A DNA stretch of 64,000 nucleotides from positions 160,001 through 224,000 of the IMG/VR virus record IMGVR_UViG_3300036762_000065. The stretch is one strand, 5' to 3'. Positions within the stretch are counted from its first letter, which is position 1. The number at the start of each line of letters is the position of its first letter. Shown here in pieces: positions 1 through 7,671 of the stretch. The DNA is from a virus (lineage: Duplodnaviria; Caudoviricetes). The notes beneath the pieces are model-generated. The model did not search any database. It saw nothing but the letters and a program-made list of their open reading frames with translations, and had not been told where the DNA came from. A program made the translations under genes and the position numbers.

Positions 1-391
1 CTTGTTTTCTTTTTCCGAGTGTAAATTCAAAACTAACTGTTTTGCCTTCTAGTTGGCTTACTTTGTATTCTATATTTACATAAAAGTTTTGATTCGACCT
101 ATCTGCGATAACTTCAATTACTGTAAAATTAACTCGGAATTCTAAGTTGCTTTTTAGTACGTTCTCCAACTCTCTTTGTATATTGTCTGCCGTTATGTCG
201 TCTACAGGGTCGTACAAATATCTATGCAAATTACTGCCGATGTTAGGTCGCCACCATTTAGAGCCTTTCGGAGTTTGAGTTATCATGAGTATATTTTGAT
301 TTATACTATGCTCATTAAACACGAGTTCCGCATCATTACTTGTTCCTGCGTTTACGCTAATGTCACTGTAAATAATATTACTAATGGCCAT
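1..391 (-). CDS. Baseplate wedge protein, gp25/GPW-like (3' end runs off the window)
   Basis: Not in the ORF track because the stop is outside the window. Manual translation from the ATG at 391 gives MAISNIIYSDISVNAG...SINQNILMITQTPKGSKWWRPNIGSNLHRYLYDPVDDITADNIQRELENVLK..EFRV, the gp25 pattern T..G.R...P.FGS.L...LF.P. Adjacent to a PAAR-like gene. Confidence 0.85.
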   Translation of the reverse strand, partial: MAISNIIYSDISVNAGTSNDAELVFNEHSINQNILMITQTPKGSKWWRPNIGSNLHRYLYDPVDDITADNIQRELENVLKSNLEFRVNFTVIEVIADRSNQNFYVNIEYKVSQLEGKTVSFEFTLGKRKQ

Positions 392-392
392 G

Positions 393-707
393 TTATCCAC
401 CTGCAAAAGAAGTAAGACTACCCATAGCAGATTTGTCTCCGCAAGTTAAGGTATCTAGGAATCTAAAGGTTTGTAATTGATCTGTGAATGTTGTAAAACT
501 GCCTACACCGGCTGCTGTTGAGTGCAAACAATGTGGTGCATAAGCATCTGTAATACGAGTTTGCGGTATTTGGTCTGTAAATTTAGTTATGGAACTTACT
601 ACTGCTGCGGTCGGACACAAGTTGTGTCCAAAGTTCATATCAACACCAAGTCTTGTTTTAGGTGCCTGGTAACCTGCTTTCGTGAAGTATGCTGAAACAC
701 TAGACAT
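393..707 (-). CDS. PAAR-like baseplate spike tip protein (T4 gp5.4-like)
   Basis: 104 aa with three internal repeats, RLG..GH..CPT, HCLH and TCGD..A.GS..FAGG; His/Cys metal ligands as in PAAR proteins. Confidence 0.8.
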   Translation of the reverse strand: MSSVSAYFTKAGYQAPKTRLGVDMNFGHNLCPTAAVVSSITKFTDQIPQTRITDAYAPHCLHSTAAGVGSFTTFTDQLQTFRFLDTLTCGDKSAMGSLTSFAGG

Positions 708-792
708 AAGTTTCTCCTCTTGTGAATATAAATTAGCTTTATTACTAAGTTAATTACTGTAAATACGTAGTGATACTGACAGGAGATATGCC

Positions 793-1119
793 GTGAGTGA
801 AGACATAAATTTAAGAGAAAAAGTAATTATCAACAGTGTCAGGAAAAGTTCTGAACTACTTGATATAAATATTTATAACAGCCTAATCAATACTATAACA
901 GAGCTAGAGGAAAGCGTATATAACAACGAAGACACTATAAAGAAACTAACCGAAGAATTAGATAGGTATCGTGAGGTTATCAAGAAGGAGATTGACATCA
1001 GATACAGATGGCAATATGCGACCTCAGGTCTAATTGTTGCATATATAGGTTTCAACGGTTATGTGTACAAAAATGAGATATACAACCTGTTTGTTTATTT
1101 GTTTAAGGTAATGTCATGA
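793..1119 (+). CDS. Hypothetical protein, coiled coil with C-terminal hydrophobic segment
   Basis: AGGAG RBS before the GTG; first gene of the plus-strand block. Confidence 0.65.
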   Translation: MSEDINLREKVIINSVRKSSELLDINIYNSLINTITELEESVYNNEDTIKKLTEELDRYREVIKKEIDIRYRWQYATSGLIVAYIGFNGYVYKNEIYNLFVYLFKVMS

Positions 1120-1406
1120 AAAAACTTATCGACATTGATGTGGAAACTGCGGAAACAAATATAGTTATTGCAACAGAAGACATTGTAAATTGTTTTAAGA
1201 AGGGAGTACTATTAGCCAAAACAAGCTTATTTGAAGAACTGAGTTTTATCGAGGGTTGGGTTTCTATATATGCAGAAACATACGGAAATGGATTGCGTGT
1301 ACAATACTGGTTAGACGATGAAATACTTCCAGACATACCTATGGAGAAAGTAAAAGTATTGAGTAAAAAAGAGTTGATGTCGCTATCTGAAGGACAAGTA
1401 CAATGA
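1116..1406 (+). CDS. Hypothetical protein
   Basis: ATGA overlap with both neighbours. Confidence 0.65.
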   Translation: MKKLIDIDVETAETNIVIATEDIVNCFKKGVLLAKTSLFEELSFIEGWVSIYAETYGNGLRVQYWLDDEILPDIPMEKVKVLSKKELMSLSEGQVQ

Positions 1407-1723
1407 TTATAAAAACAAAGTTTATGGATAACTTCCCTAAAGATGGAAACCATATAGAGTTGGTAACCGGCTTGCCTTGTCGTATACGACAGGGAGGAGA
1501 TCAATTATACTACACAGATAAAGAAGGGTTGTTACGGACAGCTAGTCGATACAAATGGTGTGTAGTATTCGATGAAGACTTGCTTGAAATAGTACCTGTA
1601 AAAGAATTTAAAGATGTTTACAAAGCACTGGATTATGCAGTGTTCGGATTCGCAAGAGTCCTAACTAAAGCATTTAAAGAATTGGACAACTACGAGAACG
1701 TAACAATCACATATCCTGAATAA
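1403..1723 (+). CDS. Hypothetical protein
   Basis: ATGA overlap with the upstream gene. Confidence 0.65.
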   Translation: MIIKTKFMDNFPKDGNHIELVTGLPCRIRQGGDQLYYTDKEGLLRTASRYKWCVVFDEDLLEIVPVKEFKDVYKALDYAVFGFARVLTKAFKELDNYENVTITYPE

Positions 1724-1727
1724 AGAA

Positions 1728-1742
1728 GTAATTTAACAGTGT
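1728..1742 (+). promoter_or_regulatory. Candidate phage promoter motif GTAATTTAACAGTGT
   Basis: An identical 15-mer occurs at 34852-34866 (minus) upstream of a structural gene. The GTAATTT core recurs before several other genes. Confidence 0.5.
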
Positions 1743-1761
1743 ATAAACAGGAGATAAAAAT

Positions 1762-2193
1762 ATGAAAATCGTGTTCAAAGCAATTATGTTTCTAATGTGT
1801 TTAAATGCTTATGCAGCAAACGATTACCTAGCAATTGTAAGTAATGTAAGTGCGGAAACAACGGAAATATCACAAGATACGTTATACAACATATTCTTGT
1901 TGTCAGCAAGGCAGTGGGATAACGGTGTTCCTATTATTATTGTTATGTTGCCAGAAGACAATTTACAAACACAGTTATTTGTAGAGGAGTATTTAGGTAT
2001 AAGTGTAGCTAGTTATAGACGGCGTACATCAAACGCTTACGCTACAGGACGTGCTTCGAAACCTATAGTAGTTAGTTCTGAACTTGAGGCTTTGTCCGTT
2101 GTAAACAAAACAAGAGGCGGTGTCTGCTACGTAGAAGGTACGTTGTACATAAACGATGAGAACGACAATCTTGTTAAAATCGTTATAAAATGA
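1762..2193 (+). CDS. Small secreted periplasmic-binding-protein-like protein (family usually annotated phosphate ABC transporter substrate-binding protein)
   Basis: Signal peptide ending AYA. Pattern IS...LYNIFL....W.NG.PI.IV.LP......F....LG......TGRA.KP..V.SE.E.L..V.KT.GG..YV matches the small PBP family found next to porin genes in Proteobacteria. Confidence 0.75.
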   Translation: MKIVFKAIMFLMCLNAYAANDYLAIVSNVSAETTEISQDTLYNIFLLSARQWDNGVPIIIVMLPEDNLQTQLFVEEYLGISVASYRRRTSNAYATGRASKPIVVSSELEALSVVNKTRGGVCYVEGTLYINDENDNLVKIVIK

Positions 2194-3455
2194 GACACAC
2201 AATGAAAATAATACTAATGTTTCTAATGTTTTGTATATCTGGAGCAAGTGGTGCTTCAGAGTATAGTCGAATTGAAACAGAATACGGAACTTTCAATGTT
2301 CGTGGTAATATAAGCTTTGTTTCTTTCTACAGTCCTGACAATAAATTTAAATCTGACAGTGACTTAGAGCTAGGTGAATCGTATGCCGGTCTAAATATAG
2401 ATTTTATTGCACAACAGTATATAACGGTTAGGTCATATATTACAACAGATGGTTTGAATTACGGATTTTTCGAACTGTCGGATTCTTATGACACTACAAC
2501 TTTAAGCTTACGTGCAGGACGAGTTAATAGACTTAGCACTTTCTTCAGCGGTATGGGCCCTCATGCAGACAACATGAACTTCTTACCTCAAGGAACCACT
2601 ACGAATAGGACAGGAATAGCAATATTCAGATTCGACGGCATACAGTTGGCATTCAACACTTTCTTCTGGAAGAAACACAACCTATCTGTAGAACTATCTT
2701 ACGGAAAGATACTACTTGACCAAGACGATAGTGGAGGACTTAGCGGTTATTCTGTTCATGCGTTGTTCGATCCTACGAGAGTAAACTTTGAAAGCTTACA
2801 TAACGATATGTACGTACCTTCAATAGACATAAGGTATAGTTATGAAAACTTCCAATTGTTTGCAGATATGTTTATTGCAAATCACACAAAAGGAAATCTA
2901 GTAATAGACTATGACATAGACAATTCCATACTTGAATATCAGCTCGGTCTACCTCCAGGTACACTACCTCCAGGAACAACTCCTATAGAGCAACCTGTAC
3001 AAGTAGGATATAGAGACAGTTACGAAAATAATCTGATGGATATAGGAATGGGTTATTCGTTCGATGCTTTTGAGTTACTGTTTATGGGATTCCAAAAATA
3101 TTCAAAAGTAGGTGCTAAGGAAGCTGTTCCTGGAACTTTCATAGACTACGGTATTACTTTGATGGTAAGAGGCAATATAGCAATCTCTACATTAATGTAC
3201 GGAGGATTCACAGGGTATAATGAAGATAATGGACAGGAATTCTTAGCTAAGAGCGGTATAGTTGCTCCTGATTGGGTAGGAGAAGGTAGAGGCATATTTG
3301 TAGGTACTTCTCATGACTTTAATGAACGGTTCCGTATAATAGGAGAAGTTCAGTTTAACAAAGGTGGAAGTTTCTTACATGCGACGTATCAAGACCCTCT
3401 AACTTCAAAAGAGTACTGGAATGTTATTAGCTTTTCAGCACATTACTTTTTCTAG
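2190..3455 (+). CDS. Outer-membrane beta-barrel porin-like protein
   Basis: Signal peptide (likely start MKII at 2202), alternating amphipathic beta-strands, LSLRAGRV and FDGIQL motifs, C-terminal beta-signal ISFSAHYFF ending in Phe. Confidence 0.75.
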   Translation: MRHTMKIILMFLMFCISGASGASEYSRIETEYGTFNVRGNISFVSFYSPDNKFKSDSDLELGESYAGLNIDFIAQQYITVRSYITTDGLNYGFFELSDSYDTTTLSLRAGRVNRLSTFFSGMGPHADNMNFLPQGTTTNRTGIAIFRFDGIQLAFNTFFWKKHNLSVELSYGKILLDQDDSGGLSGYSVHALFDPTRVNFESLHNDMYVPSIDIRYSYENFQLFADMFIANHTKGNLVIDYDIDNSILEYQLGLPPGTLPPGTTPIEQPVQVGYRDSYENNLMDIGMGYSFDAFELLFMGFQKYSKVGAKEAVPGTFIDYGITLMVRGNIAISTLMYGGFTGYNEDNGQEFLAKSGIVAPDWVGEGRGIFVGTSHDFNERFRIIGEVQFNKGGSFLHATYQDPLTSKEYWNVISFSAHYFF

Positions 3456-3464
3456 GAGACAACT

Positions 3465-3893
3465 ATGTATACAGAAGGAACAAACGGAGACAGTTTATTA
3501 TCTGCCAATGATCACAAGCTATGGTCGTTAGTATACCGCTGCCTTTTTGACTATATGACAGTTGTCATATTTAAACACAAAAGTGCAGACATAGTTAAGG
3601 ACTGTCCGGCACGTATAGAATTTTTTGTACAACAAGAAACTCCAAACACAGGAGAGTGTTACAAATTCTTGATTAAAGAACTAGAAAAATTCCGTTTAGA
3701 TAGACAACCACCTAATAAAGCATTCGTGTTAGGCTATCCTGGAACTATAGTAACTGTTAATATGTTTAGCGGTGTTAATTCATATTTAATGGACACTGAA
3801 CTTAATCACTTAACTGCGGAATACATCGACATGTTTAAGAAAGCTAACGTGAAAAAACGCAAAGATCCTACCCTTAAAGTTAAAGAAGAATAG
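3465..3893 (+). CDS. Hypothetical protein
   Basis: AGGAG RBS; 142 aa. Confidence 0.65.
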   Translation: MYTEGTNGDSLLSANDHKLWSLVYRCLFDYMTVVIFKHKSADIVKDCPARIEFFVQQETPNTGECYKFLIKELEKFRLDRQPPNKAFVLGYPGTIVTVNMFSGVNSYLMDTELNHLTAEYIDMFKKANVKKRKDPTLKVKEE

Positions 3894-3895
3894 CA

Positions 3896-4081
3896 ATGCT
3901 ATTCAAAAAGGTACGTAAAGGAAAAGGTCCTAGAACTTGCGACCGTTGCGGTTTTCCTTTAGCAGAAAATGAGATTTATATTAAACACAAAACAAAAATT
4001 AAAAAGTCTCAAATTCATTCTAAAGAAATCTATTCTTACCATAAAGCCTGTTGGAAGATAATAAGGTGTGAAAAAATATGA
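3896..4081 (+). CDS. Small Zn-finger protein
   Basis: CDRC...HKAC motif. Confidence 0.6.
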   Translation: MLFKKVRKGKGPRTCDRCGFPLAENEIYIKHKTKIKKSQIHSKEIYSYHKACWKIIRCEKI

Positions 4082-4317
4082 ATATACAAGAACTAGAAGA
4101 ACTTATCCATCCGCTAGCATTACCTGAAAACGTGTTTTTGGAAGTTAAAGCTTATTGGGTATCGTATGACACAGACGGCGAATCCCACACACACGGACCC
4201 AATAAGCTTATTGTTATACGTAAAGACAACAGTATAGATTTTATAGGTAAGAAAGTTAACTCGGCTAATCGTAGAATAGGCGGCATACTTAAGTTTAAAG
4301 AACTAAAAGGCGTATAA
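4078..4317 (+). CDS. Hypothetical protein
   Basis: ATGA overlap; abuts thyA. Confidence 0.6.
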   Translation: MNIQELEELIHPLALPENVFLEVKAYWVSYDTDGESHTHGPNKLIVIRKDNSIDFIGKKVNSANRRIGGILKFKELKGV

Positions 4318-4318
4318 T

Positions 4319-5194
4319 ATGTACTTAAGCGGCGAACAACAATACCTTAATCTATGTAGAAGAATACTAGATGAGGGCCACATGATACCAAATGAACGGA
4401 CAGGGAAAGGTTGCTTAACAGTAATCAATGCAGACTTCGAGTATGATTGTTCTGCAAATAAGTTCCCTTTGATTACAACACGTAAGGCTTTCTGGCGTTC
4501 AGCAATAGCAGAGCAGCTAGGATACTTAAGAGGCTTCGACAACGCCCAACAGTTTGCAAACTTAGGCTGTAAAACATGGTTTAGTAATGCAAACGAAACG
4601 AGTGCTTGGTTATCTAATAAGCATAGAAAAGGCGATGATGATATAGGTAGAGCGTACGGTGTTCAGTTGCGTGATTGGCGTAATCCTGAAGGTGAGAGAA
4701 TAGATCAACTACAGAAAGTTGTCGATGTTCTACAAACAGGGTATGATAACCGTAGGTTGATTATGACTTATCACAATCCTGGAGAACTAGATAGGGCAGC
4801 ATTAGATAGTTGTATGCACACCCACCATTTCAGTGTACTGGACAACACATTGTATTTAACAAGTTACCAGCGTTCTATTGACGTACCGTTAGGTCTAGTG
4901 TTCAACATGGTGCAAACGGTATTTCTATTGCGTGTGTTTGCACAGATATGCAACTTGAAGTGCGGTAAAGTTTTCCACAAGCTTGTTAACTGCCACATAT
5001 ATGATGATCAAATAGAGTTGATGCGAGATGTTCAGCTGGTACGGGAACCTTACGCAGAACCTACATTCCACATAAGCGAAGATATTAAAACTCTTAAAGA
5101 TTTGGAGACATGGGTAGATCCTCAAAACAAAGATCATTTCTGGGTTGAAGGTTATCAATATCACGAATCTATAAAATATCCTTTCGCCGCATAG
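4319..5194 (+). CDS. thyA: Thymidylate synthase
   Basis: RTG, FPLITTRK, YGVQLR, RRLI, catalytic Cys (SCMH), YQRSIDVPLGLVFN and HIYD motifs. Confidence 0.97.
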   Translation: MYLSGEQQYLNLCRRILDEGHMIPNERTGKGCLTVINADFEYDCSANKFPLITTRKAFWRSAIAEQLGYLRGFDNAQQFANLGCKTWFSNANETSAWLSNKHRKGDDDIGRAYGVQLRDWRNPEGERIDQLQKVVDVLQTGYDNRRLIMTYHNPGELDRAALDSCMHTHHFSVLDNTLYLTSYQRSIDVPLGLVFNMVQTVFLLRVFAQICNLKCGKVFHKLVNCHIYDDQIELMRDVQLVREPYAEPTFHISEDIKTLKDLETWVDPQNKDHFWVEGYQYHESIKYPFAA

Positions 5195-5210
5195 TGTAAA
5201 GTATATTAAA

Positions 5211-5295
5211 GACTACCCGTGCAGGTAGGAGCTACTCCGATTGTTTTGTTGAGCAATCTTTTGTGAAGGAGCGGTTGAAGTCCGAATCAACTTTT
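5211..5295 (+). ncRNA. Candidate small structured RNA or leader
   Basis: Intergenic. Stems CTACC/GGTAG, CTCC..GATTG/CAATC..GGAG and GTTGA/TCAAC followed by TTTT; preceded by TGTAAA at 5195. Confidence 0.3.
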
Positions 5296-5309
5296 AACAG
5301 ACTGGAGGG

Positions 5310-5522
5310 GTGTGTATGAATCATAACAATCAATACAATATGCTTGAGAAAAAGGAAATAAATAAGAAAAAGGAAGCTGCACTTATACAGGCTCAGGTAG
5401 AAAAGTTTTTAGCAACAGGCGGCTCTATAGTAGAAGTTGCAGCAGCCTCTAACGTAGAAGAGGTTAAAGCAAGCGTGTTGCAAGCGCTAAGGAAGCAAGA
5501 GCTTAATTATGAACACCTGTAA
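5310..5522 (+). CDS. Hypothetical protein
   Basis: GGAGG RBS; contains VEKFLATGGSI. Confidence 0.65.
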   Translation: MCMNHNNQYNMLEKKEINKKKEAALIQAQVEKFLATGGSIVEVAAASNVEEVKASVLQALRKQELNYEHL

Positions 5523-5569
5523 GAGGATCGAGGATAGTGCTATATTATATGAACTGAAAAGGAAATATC

Positions 5570-5743
5570 ATGACGACTAATATCATTACCACGATCTTCT
5601 TTGTATTCGCAGTACTCTTCACTACAACAGGGACATTTAAGGTCCAATATGTTATTAAACACAGGCTAGAATACGACGGCTTGCACTGGCACTTAGCTTC
5701 AGTATGTTGGGGCGTTGTGTTTTACTATTTCATATCTAGGTAA
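5570..5743 (+). CDS. Small membrane protein (57 aa, below the ORF-track cutoff)
   Basis: AAGGA RBS; MTTNIITTIFFVFAVLF...CWGVVFYYFISR with two hydrophobic segments. Confidence 0.55.
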   Translation: MTTNIITTIFFVFAVLFTTTGTFKVQYVIKHRLEYDGLHWHLASVCWGVVFYYFISR

Positions 5744-5814
5744 AAAGAAGTAGACCTAAAATGTTGATACGGCACTTAATAAAAATATTTCTGTAGCAAA
5801 ACAGGTGAATAAAA

Positions 5815-6306
5815 ATGAATAAGAAACAAGCATACACAGAAGCACACAAGGCACTGGATAAAATAGATGATTTATTGTACCGTGCAAGACGAAACCACAG
5901 GCTATATATAATTAGAAAAACTATTAAGCAGTGGTCTAAGGACTTTGTACATAATTGTATTGTTCATCCTTTGATGTGCTTTACGACACTAAAAACAGCG
6001 AACAATATCCATGATCGTAACGCACTGTGGGCTTTCGGACTCAATAAACTAGATGAGTTGAAGTTAGAATCTGAAATAGCTCCGGAAGTTATTTATCAAT
6101 ATAGATGGCGTGATCTTAATCCTAACACTGTAACATACTGTCAGTGGTGTGATTGGACTACTTGCAATGAAGAGGAATACAATAACAGGTTGGGGTTAAT
6201 AATAGAGTGTGATGAACTAGGTTGGTACCAGGTACGTACTCTAATAGTATCAGAAACCCACACTGCACAAAGAATAAAGGATTTTGAGCTTGTATCCTTA
6301 AGATGA
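5815..6306 (+). CDS. Hypothetical protein; C-terminal domain shared with 8410-8883
   Basis: YQYRW...TVTYCQWCDWTTCNEEEYN...YQVRTL. Confidence 0.7.
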   Translation: MNKKQAYTEAHKALDKIDDLLYRARRNHRLYIIRKTIKQWSKDFVHNCIVHPLMCFTTLKTANNIHDRNALWAFGLNKLDELKLESEIAPEVIYQYRWRDLNPNTVTYCQWCDWTTCNEEEYNNRLGLIIECDELGWYQVRTLIVSETHTAQRIKDFELVSLR

Positions 6307-6345
6307 TACTAGATTGTTTCAAGTTTAAAACTAACTACTCAGGGC

Positions 6346-6663
6346 TTGAGAACTATGAAGAGTGAAGGTGTCGTAGATAATGACGAGAAACGACTGGATG
6401 AAGGCAAGTCCGTTCAAGATCGACTTGTTATGCGCGGTAATTGGATTGCCGCAGAAGACAAGTTGCCACCACCCGAAACACCCGTGTTAGCTTTTGTACA
6501 TGGCATAGACATACCCATAGTTTTAGAAATGAGATGGGAAACCTGCAACCCAATGGTTGAACCATATTTTAATGATTTTCTTTATTGGGATAACCCTCAT
6601 GACGATGGGCAAAATTATGAAGACAGGGTATTTGCATGGCAACCACTACCAGAAGACCCTTGA
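6346..6663 (+). CDS. DUF551-like phage protein
   Basis: WI...DKLP....PVL and VFAWQPLPEDP motifs. Confidence 0.75.
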   Translation: MRTMKSEGVVDNDEKRLDEGKSVQDRLVMRGNWIAAEDKLPPPETPVLAFVHGIDIPIVLEMRWETCNPMVEPYFNDFLYWDNPHDDGQNYEDRVFAWQPLPEDP

Positions 6664-6666
6664 TAC

Positions 6667-6714
6667 ACATAACCACAAGCACAACGGCTAGTCCGTTGAT
6701 GAGTAGGGTTAAGT
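6667..6714. mobile_element. attC-like site A
   Basis: ACATAAC-N6-CACAACGG...CCGTTG(A)TG-N6-GTTAAGT: inverted core boxes and an inner stem with one extrahelical base. Confidence 0.55.
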
Positions 6715-7003
6715 GTAAGTTTTGGAAGGTAGGCTTAGAAGCAGCCATCCTTTAAAGAGTGGGGTCTTTGCTCCTTGTGACATGTAACTACCTGGAGCGT
6801 TTTTGTAAGGTAGTGAAAGTTGAACCAACCGCTGACTTTGATCAGAGTTATGTTGGGTAGACAAGTTGCGTGGAGGATAACGCCAAAGAGCTAGTAAGAA
6901 CCTGTGAAATGACATGGGCATAGCGTGAGTTGGAGCGGTAAAAGTCGTACCCAACCTAACAGTCCCTTTAGCGTAACAGCACACCAGAACTTACACCTAA
7001 TTT
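6706..7003 (+). ncRNA. Structured RNA containing a split mimic of the 23S rRNA uL11-binding domain (H43-H44)
   Basis: 6721-6760 aligns without gaps to E. coli 23S nt 1051-1090 and 6971-6988 to nt 1091-1108, with compensatory changes. Closing helix 6713-6725/6984-6996; structured 210-nt insert. Confidence 0.85.
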
Positions 7004-7018
7004 AACTAGGAGATAGCC

Positions 7019-7216
7019 ATGTTTTCAGAAGACGATTTGATTAATGTATGCGTCTACCCAGACGGTACACAAAGCCACAAGCCCCTGCCAGAGAAAGGGG
7101 ATGATTATGAATGGAGGCGCACCATTTACTGTGCGAGGTGCAACTCAGTATTGAGATTGCACCCCGAAGAGCCATTCGCTTCATGTGGATGCGGCACAAC
7201 GGAGTGGTACAAATGA
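7019..7216 (+). CDS. Small Zn-ribbon protein
   Basis: AGGAG RBS; CARC...CGC. Confidence 0.65.
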   Translation: MFSEDDLINVCVYPDGTQSHKPLPEKGDDYEWRRTIYCARCNSVLRLHPEEPFASCGCGTTEWYK

Positions 7217-7244
7217 ATATAACTGATATGACAATAATCGGCGC

Positions 7245-7377
7245 GTATAACCCTGAGCACACCGGAGCTTTCGCTATGACAGATATGGATAAATACACAA
7301 AGCCAATTTATGACGGACACTACGCCGCAGTGAAAAAGCTGGACGCGAAAGCGTCCGAGTGCTGCGACTTGTTAGTG
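7245..7377. mobile_element. attC-like site B (long terminal loop containing a start codon)
   Basis: GTATAAC-N6-CACACCGG-aGCTTTCGC....GCGAAAGC-gtCCG(A)GTG(C)TG-N6-GTTAGTG. Confidence 0.65.
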
Positions 7378-7590
7378 TGCCCATTTTGCGGCGGAGAGCC
7401 AGAACTTGATACGAGCAGATACTACAAGCCGATTGTTGGTAGCGATGTACATAAGAGCGTTTCGGTTTATTGCACAAGCGAAACCGGCTGCCCTGCAGAG
7501 ATGATGTTTTGTTACGCAGACTTCCCAGATTTTACGGTTGAGCAGCTGGCTGATTTAGCAAAAGAGTTTTGGAACAAGCGAGCACACTAA
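7276..7590 (+). CDS. Lar-family restriction alleviation protein
   Basis: LLVCPFCGGEPEL...VYC....CPA...FWNKRA. The start is likely the ATG at 7276 (GGAG RBS at 7264) or 7213, not 7111. Confidence 0.8.
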   Translation: MTDMDKYTKPIYDGHYAAVKKLDAKASECCDLLVCPFCGGEPELDTSRYYKPIVGSDVHKSVSVYCTSETGCPAEMMFCYADFPDFTVEQLADLAKEFWNKRAH

Positions 7591-7641
7591 CCTTTTGCAC
7601 AGTGGCAAGCGTAGCGCGTCCACTGATGCTAGTTGTTATGC
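7585..7641. mobile_element. attC-like site C
   Basis: CACTAAC-N5-GCACAGTGG...CCACTG(A)TGC-N5-GTTATGC, 57 nt; the Lar stop codon lies inside the CACTAAC box. Confidence 0.7.
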
Positions 7642-7671
7642 GCTACATTACCTACAGAGTGAGAAATTAGA

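Noticed and set aside
176-415. Plus-strand 79-aa ORF
   Set aside because: Antisense to the gp25-like gene.
6891-6903. Sarcin-ricin loop mimic (CTAGTAAGAACC)
   Set aside because: It has AGUA/GAA-like letters but lacks the GAGA tetraloop and closing stem.
6761-6970. Canonical group I intron or tmRNA
   Set aside because: With U as the last exon base the insert ends in A, not G, and no P7 core is evident. The GGGG start is not matched by a T-arm or CCA end.
6709-6984. Minus-strand 91-aa ORF over the RNA element
   Set aside because: Opposes local gene direction and has no recognisable motif; the plus-strand RNA structure explains the region better.
6721-6988. Genuine rRNA gene or host rRNA contamination
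   Set aside because: Only 58 nt resemble 23S rRNA, in two pieces. The flanks pair with each other and are not rRNA, and the context is continuous phage genes.
7000-7006. ATTTAAC as the closing box of a cassette holding only the RNA
   Set aside because: It nearly complements GTTAAGT at 6708, but no attC-like stem follows; too weak to call.
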